A stretch of DNA of 64,000 bases from Bythopirellula sp. GTDB lineage: Bacteria > Planctomycetota > Planctomycetia > Pirellulales > Lacipirellulaceae. The stretch lies in contig OZ244170.1 of the NCBI GenBank assembly GCA_965216565.1, positions 1,664,001-1,728,000 of the forward strand. Reading direction: 5' to 3'. Shown one piece after another: positions 28,675 through 37,432 of this stretch (position 1 is the first letter of the stretch; every line of letters begins with the position of its first letter). A program made the position numbers and the translations under genes. The notes under the pieces were generated by a model. The model searched no databases. It was given only the letters and a program-made list of their open reading frames with translations, and was not told the origin of the DNA.

Positions 28675-29820
28675 TCAGTCAACGCTTACAATCGGCAAAG
28701 AGTGCTGATTCTGGCGATTGTGCGGGTGAAGTGTAGTCACTTCTTCATCGATCAGCTCGTAGAAGACATTTCGCTGCCGAGGCACAAATCCTAGATCGGA
28801 GATTGAATTTCGGATCTGATCGAGCGACAGGTGATGCACCGTCCCCGCCTCGGAAACGACATTTTCTTCGATCATCAAACTCCCCATGTCATTGGCACCA
28901 TAGAGCAATGCCAGCTGGCCGATCTTCTGCCCCTGCGTCACCCAACTCGACTGGAGATTAGCGAAGTTATCCAAATAGAGCCGCGCCACCGCATTGGTTT
29001 TTAGATACTCGAAACCGCCGGCCGGTGGGATGTGCGACATGTTAGTATGATCAGGCTGAAACGTCCAGCAAATGAATGCTGTGAACCCGCCAGTTTCGTC
29101 TTGCAGTTGTCTCAACCGGTCGAGATGCTCGATCCGTTCTTCTAGGGTTTCGATGTGGCCAAACATCATCGTTGCCGTGCTGCGCCCGCCCAACTCGTGC
29201 CAAACACGATTCATGTCGAGCCAATCGTCGGTAAGCACCTTGCCACGAGTGATCTCTTTGCGAACCCGGTCGACTAATATCTCAGCACCTCCGCCGGGCA
29301 AGCTTCCCAGCCCCGCATCACGTAGACGGCTGAGTACTTCATGAGTAGAAAGATTGTTGATCTTAGTGAAGTGATAGATCTCCGGCGGGCTAAATCCGTG
29401 AACATTTACCTGGGGGAACCGATCCTTGATATCGGCAAGCATTTGCTCGTACCAATCGAGCTTAAAATCCGGATGCAGGCCGCCTTGCAACAGAATCTGC
29501 TCGCCGCCTAAGTCGACAGTTTCTTGAATCTTCTCGAGCAATACTTCACGATCCAGCACATAGCCTTCGCTACTTTTGGGCGATCGATAGAATGCACAAA
29601 AATCGCAAACCGCCGTACACACGTTGGTGTAATTAATGTTGCGGTCGATGTTGTATGTGCGGTAAGACTCGGGGTGGAGTCGACGCGTGACTTCGTCGGC
29701 AGCGCGACCTAAGGCAGCTAAGTCTTGCGACTCGAGCAGGCTTAAACCTTCCTCAGAGCTTAGTCGCTCTCCGGCAACTGCCTTCTCCAAGAGATCATTA
29801 ACCTTCAATGGTGCAATCAT
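28675..29820 (-). CDS. mqnC: Cyclic dehypoxanthinyl futalosine synthase (radical SAM)
   Basis: DRNINYTNVCTAVCDFCAFYR (CxxxCxxC), LLQGGLHP, SLPGGGAEIL and GSLMIEENVV; overlaps mqnA. Confidence 0.92.
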   Translation of the reverse strand: MIAPLKVNDLLEKAVAGERLSSEEGLSLLESQDLAALGRAADEVTRRLHPESYRTYNIDRNINYTNVCTAVCDFCAFYRSPKSSEGYVLDREVLLEKIQETVDLGGEQILLQGGLHPDFKLDWYEQMLADIKDRFPQVNVHGFSPPEIYHFTKINNLSTHEVLSRLRDAGLGSLPGGGAEILVDRVRKEITRGKVLTDDWLDMNRVWHELGGRSTATMMFGHIETLEERIEHLDRLRQLQDETGGFTAFICWTFQPDHTNMSHIPPAGGFEYLKTNAVARLYLDNFANLQSSWVTQGQKIGQLALLYGANDMGSLMIEENVVSEAGTVHHLSLDQIRNSISDLGFVPRQRNVFYELIDEEVTTLHPHNRQNQHSLPIVSVD

Positions 29821-30640
29821 TTGTGCTTATTTCTGGGACAATTTCCGGCGCACGTTCGATCAGTCCGAGCTCAGCCGCTTTGCGGAAAAACAGCGATAGG
29901 CCCTGCAGTTCCTGGGGGCCAAGATAAAAGTATAGATTCTGCCTGAGATACTCTGCAACCAGCTCCAGCGGCAGGGCCATTCGCTCAGCTTGTTCTTGGG
30001 CTATTTCGTCAATGCTCATGCATCCTGCGTCTCTAGCGCTAGACAGAGCATTGCCCACCGTGCTGGTCGAGATGCCAGCACGCGCTACCCACATGGCAAA
30101 TACGAAAGGCAATTCCGCCCACCGGCACCAACGATCGCCCAAGTCCCATACCTCAACGAACTGCGTGTCGTCGCTGTACATGGCACGATCCCCAATGATC
30201 AAGATCGCATCTGTTTCGCAACTTTGCGGATCGCTGCCGATCGGTAGCTCGCTAATCGCAGGACGAACGTCATACAATTCCGCAAGTAGAATCTGCGACA
30301 TAATCGCACTGGTCCGAGAACCTTCGTCGATCGCCAAACTACGAATCTCAGCGGGAGGAACGCGAAATAGTAACTTCACACTCAATACGGGGCCCCGGCA
30401 AGCAATGCACGCATCGGAGGTGATGGTCCAATCGGGATGATGCGCTAGCTCAATACTGGGCACCAAGGCAATGTCCAACTCCTCGCAAGCAAGTCGATCT
30501 GAAAGCTGACTTGGTAGTTGGTACACAACATCTGAGTCGGGAAGAGATTCTGCTAGACCGTAAACTAGTGGCTTGGTATTGAGATAGCTGACTGCCCCAA
30601 TTCGAGTGTTGCGTGACGCTTTTTGAAAATCAGGATTCAT
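29798..30640 (-). CDS. mqnA: Chorismate dehydratase (futalosine pathway)
   Basis: IGAVSYLNTKPL, GPVLSV, SRTS, LIIGDRA, DLG..W and LPFVFAMW motifs. Confidence 0.92.
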   Translation of the reverse strand: MNPDFQKASRNTRIGAVSYLNTKPLVYGLAESLPDSDVVYQLPSQLSDRLACEELDIALVPSIELAHHPDWTITSDACIACRGPVLSVKLLFRVPPAEIRSLAIDEGSRTSAIMSQILLAELYDVRPAISELPIGSDPQSCETDAILIIGDRAMYSDDTQFVEVWDLGDRWCRWAELPFVFAMWVARAGISTSTVGNALSSARDAGCMSIDEIAQEQAERMALPLELVAEYLRQNLYFYLGPQELQGLSLFFRKAAELGLIERAPEIVPEISTNDCTIEG

Positions 30641-30793
30641 CGTCAAACGGTTGTCGTACGGAGAGCAGCAAGTGGGTCGAAATATCAGAAAGACGAATTA
30701 TAAGCGGCCTTTGGAGGGCCGACTAGATCGTCCTTAGCCTATCTGCTCTTCGGCTAAACAACGAACCGTAATTCTGCTACCAGGTTAACCTCG

Positions 30794-32623
30794 CTAAACC
30801 TCCATTCTACGAAAGGCCTTCAATCCCAGTCGCATCGGCACGACGGTAACGATTACTGCGAGAATGACCGAGATGGCAATCCCACCGGTCATCCACCAGC
30901 TAAGATACTTCGAAGGCACGTAGGCCGGAGACATATCCGAGTTCTCTGCCATCAAATAGAAATGGCAGGGCAGGGCGGTAAGCAAGACAATGATCAGAAT
31001 ATAGAGGGCACTAAACACCAAATTGAGCGTGCCACCGAAGCCGGCTGCAATTTTCGAGGGCGACTGATCTTGGAAGTTCGGCATGATAGCCCCTAAACCA
31101 ACAGCCATCGCCGACAGCCCTACACAGAGGAACAAACAGATCATTTGGTGCACGAGCACCACCATGTTGGATACATCGAGCATGTAGTCGCTAATCAGCA
31201 CCAAGATGGCACTAGGCAGCCAGGAACCGGTGGCCGCAAATAGAAACTTGCCCCACAGGATAGTATCTCGCTCGACTGGCAAGCGTGAGAGGATCCAAAA
31301 CCGTCGCCCCTCTAAGCTGATTAGCGGATATATAAATCTGGTCGTAAACGTCGACAGGATTAACCCTACTACCGCCAGGTTTAAAAAGCTAACGATGTTC
31401 ACCCAGGCGAGCACACTCACATCCGCGCGGTGCTGCCGAAATCGATCGAGGTTTGCAAAATACAACAGCAACAGACCAAAGAAGATTAAGAACTGCGACC
31501 ACTGCACAGGATCGCGGCGGAAGAGCCTTAGATCTTTGGTAATGAGCAAACGCGTCTCGCGAGATAAGAACACCATCATTTTCTCAGCGATTTTATCGAC
31601 CATGCTGAGCCTAGGGTGGGCAACACGCGCCTGTTGAGAATTCAGCCCCGAGTAGCTATCCCGAAATTGGGATTTCCCCATCTTTAGAACAACCAAGTGG
31701 AGTATTAGTGCATTCGAGAGCAATACGATTAAATACTTACCACTCTCCACCCAAGGCAAATCGGAAGGATCCGTGTTGGCTAACTGAGGGCGAGCTGCTT
31801 CCAGCATTCCATTACTCAGCCAAGTACTCGGCAGCCACTCTCCACGGGTAAATTCGAAGCGGTGGAACGTCTCTACGAACCACGAGGCACCTAAGAGTTC
31901 TGCACCAGCAATATCCAGGGATTGCCAAATTGAGTTGTAAGCCACACCGATCACAAACACCGCGATACCGGCAACCACCAGCTTGCGGAATTGAGGAATC
32001 TGGCTTACGAGCAATAAACACCCAATCGCGCCGACGGCACAAGGAATATACGCAAACGAAAGCATCATCGCTGGCAGGTAGGCGTAGTAGTACCAGGGCG
32101 CTGAAACAACCAGACCGTAGGCAACCATCATGGGGCTAGCTAACAGAAAGAACCCCCAGCTACTGAATAGGAGGGCTTCCTGGAATCGGTAAAACACAAG
32201 CCGCTCGTCACGCACTGGTAGAACCATTAAGAATGTGGTCTCAGGAGTCGAATAAAGGCTGCCGTAGAAAATGATTCCCGAAGAAAATACCAGCATCACT
32301 TGCAACGAGACGAAGAATAGCGCGAACACGAATTGAACAGTTTCTGCATGATAGATAGCACCCGGCGAACCGACACGAGCGACAACAAAATCGAATCCTG
32401 AATAGAACAACGCAAACAAGCCGACCCAAAAGAAAACGCTAAGGCCGATGACTAGACTTGTGCGAAGCCGAGCTTGGGAGAACAAATACTTGATTTGGTT
32501 TCGGCACACCCTGGACCGCAGCTTCAAAAAGATTTGCCCTTCGCGTTCATGCGAGGGCAACCTCTCTAAGGTCGCATTTTGCTGTTGCTCGGTGAGAATC
32601 GTTGTGCTGGACATGCGAACCAC
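30794..32623 (-). CDS. Putative ABC transporter permease
   Basis: Multi-TM 609-aa protein with KDLRLFRRDP and ISLEGRRFWIL; directly downstream of an ABC ATPase. Confidence 0.85.
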   Translation of the reverse strand: MVRMSSTTILTEQQQNATLERLPSHEREGQIFLKLRSRVCRNQIKYLFSQARLRTSLVIGLSVFFWVGLFALFYSGFDFVVARVGSPGAIYHAETVQFVFALFFVSLQVMLVFSSGIIFYGSLYSTPETTFLMVLPVRDERLVFYRFQEALLFSSWGFFLLASPMMVAYGLVVSAPWYYYAYLPAMMLSFAYIPCAVGAIGCLLLVSQIPQFRKLVVAGIAVFVIGVAYNSIWQSLDIAGAELLGASWFVETFHRFEFTRGEWLPSTWLSNGMLEAARPQLANTDPSDLPWVESGKYLIVLLSNALILHLVVLKMGKSQFRDSYSGLNSQQARVAHPRLSMVDKIAEKMMVFLSRETRLLITKDLRLFRRDPVQWSQFLIFFGLLLLYFANLDRFRQHRADVSVLAWVNIVSFLNLAVVGLILSTFTTRFIYPLISLEGRRFWILSRLPVERDTILWGKFLFAATGSWLPSAILVLISDYMLDVSNMVVLVHQMICLFLCVGLSAMAVGLGAIMPNFQDQSPSKIAAGFGGTLNLVFSALYILIIVLLTALPCHFYLMAENSDMSPAYVPSKYLSWWMTGGIAISVILAVIVTVVPMRLGLKAFRRMEV

Positions 32624-32626
32624 CCT

Positions 32627-33349
32627 CTATTTTTCCATCAATGCTAGATAGAGGGATTCCAGCGAGCCATCGGTCGTCGGCACTTCATTCCGCAATGCGG
32701 ACACCGTACCATCGAAAACCAATTCCCCGGCCCGCATTACACTTACACGATTGGCAATCTCTTCGGCCACCGAAAGCGTGTGCGTCGACATCAACACGGT
32801 TCTTCCCTGAGAGGCATAGTCTCGCAGCAAGTCTTTCACCAGTCGGATGCTCAGCGGATCGAGCCCCACCATCGGTTCGTCGACCACCAAAATCTCTGGT
32901 TGATGAATCAATGCAGCCGCAAAGACGGTCCGTTGCCGCATGCCGTGGGAATAGCTTTCAGTGAGTTGGTCGAGAAACTCGCGCAATTCGAATCGCCCCG
33001 CTTCGCGATCGATGGCTTCTTCCACCTCAGATGTTGTGAGACCAAACATTTCCCCCACGAATTGCAGAAACTCTCTCCCAGAGAGCTTCTCATAAAGGAA
33101 AGGCTGGTCGGGCACATAGCCAATGAGCCGGCTCACTTCTCGCTTATGCTCAACGACATCGAATCCGTTGACGGTAATGGCTCCTGCACTCGGCCGTAGA
33201 AGTCCGACCAGCATTTTCAGCGTGGTGCTCTTGCCTGCACCATTGTGCCCCAGCAGGGTCACCACTTCGCCGGGTGAAACCTTGAGTTGAAGCTGCTTCA
33301 CAGCAACTCGGCTACCGTATTTCCTCGTCACGCCTTGAATGTCGATCAT
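32627..33349 (-). CDS. ABC transporter ATP-binding protein
   Basis: GHNGAGKST, YSHGMRQR, VVDEPMVGLD and STH motifs. Confidence 0.95.
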   Translation of the reverse strand: MIDIQGVTRKYGSRVAVKQLQLKVSPGEVVTLLGHNGAGKSTTLKMLVGLLRPSAGAITVNGFDVVEHKREVSRLIGYVPDQPFLYEKLSGREFLQFVGEMFGLTTSEVEEAIDREAGRFELREFLDQLTESYSHGMRQRTVFAAALIHQPEILVVDEPMVGLDPLSIRLVKDLLRDYASQGRTVLMSTHTLSVAEEIANRVSVMRAGELVFDGTVSALRNEVPTTDGSLESLYLALMEK

Positions 33350-33607
33350 GCCTGAGTATCTGTTCTGGTTGTGGTCTACGGTAACTCGAAAGGCATAGTG
33401 CGAGACGTGATGTTAGCAATAAGACTCATGCACACTTGTTATGGGGTCCCAATTCCTCACTGGGAATTGATAGCGATCGTAATCTGCATGGCGGTCCTTG
33501 AGAACAGGCTAATTCCGACGAAGAAGAATTCTGAAGCGAATACAAACCAGAGAGGCCGATTCGTTGCGCTATTCGAACAACACATTTCGAGGCCAAGTAC
33601 TGTACAG

Positions 33608-34510
33608 TTAGAACTGAATCTCGGCCCCGGTTCGCACTAACTCGTCTAGGAGTTCTTTGCTGACCGACTTGGCGTTTTCGTCGTCGAGACGGATGAACCT
33701 CAGTTTCGATTTGCCTAGAAAGACGTCACGTCTCAGCACTCTGCCGGTTGGTTCAACCCAGCACTCAGCTTGAAGCCGAGCCTCCTTTGCGATACCGGAG
33801 ACATTCATCGAGCGATACTCAATGCGAAACGATTCCCTCACTTCGTCGCCGACGAATATCTGATCGCGTGCCACCACCTCGGCTATGAGAACTTCGACCG
33901 GGTCTCCGGGCGAATGGAACGGACTATAAACCTCTTCCCGCCATGTGCGCCCCACGTACATCTCTGGTAGAGAAGCCGAGGGAAACAGAATCTCGTTCAT
34001 CGACTGACTTTCCGGCAGATAGATGGAGGTGGTGTAAGACATCTCTCCAGAGCGGACACGCAGCTCTAAATTCGAATCTTCCACCCGACCAGTCATTTTC
34101 AATACCGAGGGCAAATCGTTGATGTTAATGCGGCTATCGAATGACGAAAAATTACCCAGGGCATCAAATTCAATTCGCGTTTTGGCATCGAACGAAATAT
34201 CGCCAAAGCTGCCGACAGTGGTTCGCATCCAGGTCGGTGCCAGATCCATCAAGGGAATTTCTGTGAGACTCACTCGATTGTGTAAATCCGTCGAGCCGCC
34301 GGCACCTTCAAGACGCACGCTGGCAGCCTCGCCCACGACACGACCTTCCCATTCCACATGCCAGGCTACCGCCTTGCCATTTTCGTAGGACCTTTCGATC
34401 GGGGGCTCGCCTTCAAAAAGCGAAGGAAGAATGCGATCGTTAATCAGCCAACTCATGCTGGCTAACCACAAAGCGACCACTGCCAAAACGAATAGACGAT
34501 TGGCGATCAC
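33608..34510 (-). CDS. Membrane-anchored hypothetical protein
   Basis: N-terminal TM (LFVLAVVALWLASMSWLI) and a beta-rich remainder. Confidence 0.75.
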   Translation of the reverse strand: MIANRLFVLAVVALWLASMSWLINDRILPSLFEGEPPIERSYENGKAVAWHVEWEGRVVGEAASVRLEGAGGSTDLHNRVSLTEIPLMDLAPTWMRTTVGSFGDISFDAKTRIEFDALGNFSSFDSRININDLPSVLKMTGRVEDSNLELRVRSGEMSYTTSIYLPESQSMNEILFPSASLPEMYVGRTWREEVYSPFHSPGDPVEVLIAEVVARDQIFVGDEVRESFRIEYRSMNVSGIAKEARLQAECWVEPTGRVLRRDVFLGKSKLRFIRLDDENAKSVSKELLDELVRTGAEIQF

Positions 34511-34794
34511 GCGAAGGTACTCCCTATGGGTACAATCTCAAGCATCCTTATCCCCAAGAATGCCCAGTAGCACGGCCTACGATCATAATTGATCAAGCCA
34601 AATCCAAAGAGAGCAGCACCAAAAAAGTAGCGAGTACTGCTTCCCCACTGGAAACCTGTCGACCGCCTTATTCTATCGTGAGTTCGCCAAAAAATCGACA
34701 AACTTGTCGATAGCGCTAAGAAACCGCACAAAAACGGCAATATTCGCACACAATGGTGCTGGCAGTCGGCTCAGCGGGAGGGCCTAAACGCGGA

Positions 34795-35442
34795 TCAATT
34801 CGCGGTTGCTGTGACTGCCTCAATGAGTTGATCGACCGTGTAGATGCCTCGATTTTCGGGCTGCGGTGCCTTCTGGAGGGGCTCTTCGGCACTAGATTGC
34901 TCAGGGGCAGGCTGCGCGTTTGTTGGCGTTTCCGACCGAGATAATACATACTCGACCAGTCGACGGTGGTCGTTCGCAGCCAAAGCCTCTTGAATTGCCG
35001 TCAGGCCAGCGATTTCGTGGCTCAGCATGTCCAACCGACCGTATCCGCCTATTTTTGATGCTGTGACCCGCAGAACCTCCGCCCCTCGCTTTTTATAAAA
35101 CAACTGAACAAGTCGGGAACGATCGAGGCTGACTCGACTAACCACTTCTGGGCGCGAGACTATTCCAGCTAGTCCAACCCTGCGTAGGTAGCTCTGCAGA
35201 CCCTTTACTTGGGATCGAGTGAGCAAATCGTCAGAATGGAAGGAACCTGAGGATTCAAAGTAGCGTCGTATAGTTCCGGCCAGATGCTCCTGATCGGCTG
35301 CCATTTTGGCCTGCTCGTCTTTTGTCGGCTCCTCAGCCGAGATTGAGCTGCTGAGTAAAGAGACACCAAGAAAACTGGCTACTAGTAGTCTAAAACAAGA
35401 TTTCATTGAGATTAGTCGGCTGGGCCTTGAGGATTTAGACAT
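34795..35442 (-). CDS. Secreted hypothetical protein
   Basis: Signal-like N-terminus ending SISA; fills the gap between genes. Confidence 0.65.
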   Translation of the reverse strand: MSKSSRPSRLISMKSCFRLLVASFLGVSLLSSSISAEEPTKDEQAKMAADQEHLAGTIRRYFESSGSFHSDDLLTRSQVKGLQSYLRRVGLAGIVSRPEVVSRVSLDRSRLVQLFYKKRGAEVLRVTASKIGGYGRLDMLSHEIAGLTAIQEALAANDHRRLVEYVLSRSETPTNAQPAPEQSSAEEPLQKAPQPENRGIYTVDQLIEAVTATAN

Positions 35443-35729
35443 GCCACAGACTAGCGATATAGGGCAATCCTCTCCCTTGAGAGTGCTGCTTAGGCTGTGA
35501 CCTGATGGTCAAATCTAGCTTATGCGCAAGCTTGACCAGGGTGATAAATCCCTACAACAGAACAACTTAGAGTCATAGAGAAGCCAATTTTACCGATTTT
35601 GAGTTGGGTATCGCCACTGGGGGGTTTGAAGAAGGCCTATCTCGCGTTTATGCTGTACCATCTCTTATCGATGTTATGTTGTCGGGGCGTGGTTCCAACG
35701 GAATTGAAGTAACCCTGCAGGAGTGACAA

Positions 35730-35969
35730 ATGGCCGATAATGTCTATTTCGTGCAAGAATGCCCCACATGTGGTCGCAATCTTCAAGTGCGCGTGAAGTA
35801 CCTTGGCAAACGGGTATCCTGCCAACACTGCGGTGCCAAATTCGAGGCCTGCGATCCTTCCTCGGGAACCTATCCCCCGATGGAGTCGAGCCTTTCCCTA
35901 TTGGTGCGTGCCGAGGAGTTGCTAGAAGCCTCGATGAGTTCCACCAAGCTCCAATCTGAGCTTAACTAG
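35730..35969 (+). CDS. Small zinc-ribbon protein
   Basis: AGGAG RBS; CPTC and CQHC cysteine pairs in 79 aa. Confidence 0.8.
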   Translation: MADNVYFVQECPTCGRNLQVRVKYLGKRVSCQHCGAKFEACDPSSGTYPPMESSLSLLVRAEELLEASMSSTKLQSELN

Positions 35970-36015
35970 CTCGAAGTGATTCGCAGTTTGTCACTCGAGA
36001 CCCGACAGAGTCGAA

Positions 36016-37341
36016 TCACTGACTCAACGCGAGCATGTCGTCGAAGAACTTGGGGTACGTCTTCACGGTGCACTCGGGATTCTTGATGACAACTCCGGAA
36101 ATCCTGAGTCCGGCAATGGCGAAGCTCATTGCCATGCGGTGATCGTTGTACGTATCGATTTCAGCTGACCGCAATCCATGGGGCTCGATTTCCAGCCCGT
36201 CGTCGAATTCAGAAACCTTGGCACCCAGTTTTCTCAGCTCGGTTGCCACCGCGGCAATACGATCCGTTTCTTTATGCCGTATGTGGGCAACGTTGCGAAT
36301 GCGAGTCGTGCCCTTGGCAAATAAAGCGACGACCGCCAGAGTTTGCACCGTATCGCTAATGCCATTCATATCGACATCAATGCCCCGTAACTCACCGCCG
36401 GATACTGTTGTTTGACCAATTTCTCGTGAAACTTTGCATCCCATCTCTTCTAAGCAGTCCACAAATTGCACATCGCCCTGCAGGCTCGACGAGTCCAGAT
36501 CCGTCACTGTTACCTTACCGCCAGTAACCGCTGCCGCGCCCCAAAAATAACTCGCGGCCGAGGCATCGGGTTCAATTGTGTATTCGCTTCCGCTGTATCC
36601 GCCCTCTCGTGAGATCGTGATTCGTTCGTAGCGATCGTCGTGCGTCGCCGTCACACCAAATTCACGCATCACAGCGAGAGTCATCTCCACATAGGGGACA
36701 GAAACCAAAGTGCCTTCGACTCGTACTGTAACAGGCTCAGCCGCACAGGGGGCCGCCATTAGCAAACCACTTAAGAATTGGCTTGATATATCTCCGCGGA
36801 TTGCTGCCTCGCCGCCAGACAAACCCCGCGCCTCGACGGTAACCGGCGGGCATTCACCAGCAGTCTCGCAATTCACGACCGCGCCAAGTTGGCCCAGTGC
36901 GATCGCCAAGTCTTTGATCGGTCTTTCCCGCATGCGGGCAATGCCGTCCAAACGATATTCACCGGTTCCCAGGGTAGCAAGTGCAGTCAAAAAACGGATC
37001 GTCGTGCCACTGTTGCCAACGTGAATATCCGCATTGGCTGCAGGAATTTTTCCACCACAGCCGGCTACAGTCAGCATTTGGCCATCGTGTTCAGTCTTGA
37101 TCTCAATCCCCAAAGATCTCAGACCCGCGATCATCACCTGCGTGTCTTCGCTGTCGAGAGCCCCGCTCAAGACCGATTTCCCCTCTGCCAGGGCAGCGCA
37201 AATGAGTGCTCGATTCGTAATACTCTTCGAGCCAGGCGGGCGGACGATGGCATCGATCGGTTTCGAAACAAGCGGTATCGCGATTTCTTCTGGAAACTTA
37301 GCCAATTCTATTCTCGGTGCTTTGTCCAAACGTGTTATCAC
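36016..37341 (-). CDS. aroA: 3-phosphoshikimate 1-carboxyvinyltransferase (EPSP synthase)
   Basis: PGSKSITNR, GNSGTTIRF, ISSQFLSGLL, RHKETDR and DHRMAM motifs. Confidence 0.98.
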   Translation of the reverse strand: MITRLDKAPRIELAKFPEEIAIPLVSKPIDAIVRPPGSKSITNRALICAALAEGKSVLSGALDSEDTQVMIAGLRSLGIEIKTEHDGQMLTVAGCGGKIPAANADIHVGNSGTTIRFLTALATLGTGEYRLDGIARMRERPIKDLAIALGQLGAVVNCETAGECPPVTVEARGLSGGEAAIRGDISSQFLSGLLMAAPCAAEPVTVRVEGTLVSVPYVEMTLAVMREFGVTATHDDRYERITISREGGYSGSEYTIEPDASAASYFWGAAAVTGGKVTVTDLDSSSLQGDVQFVDCLEEMGCKVSREIGQTTVSGGELRGIDVDMNGISDTVQTLAVVALFAKGTTRIRNVAHIRHKETDRIAAVATELRKLGAKVSEFDDGLEIEPHGLRSAEIDTYNDHRMAMSFAIAGLRISGVVIKNPECTVKTYPKFFDDMLALSQ

Positions 37342-37432
37342 TGCAGGGCGGATAAGTTATTCTAGAGATAAGATCGAGTCAGTCCTAGCCACGCTTTTCA
37401 CCTCGCTGAGGCACACAAAGGAATAAACATAG

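Noticed and set aside
34507..34749. 80-aa minus-strand ORF
   Set aside because: TTG start with no clear RBS or motif; it cannot be supported without a homology search.
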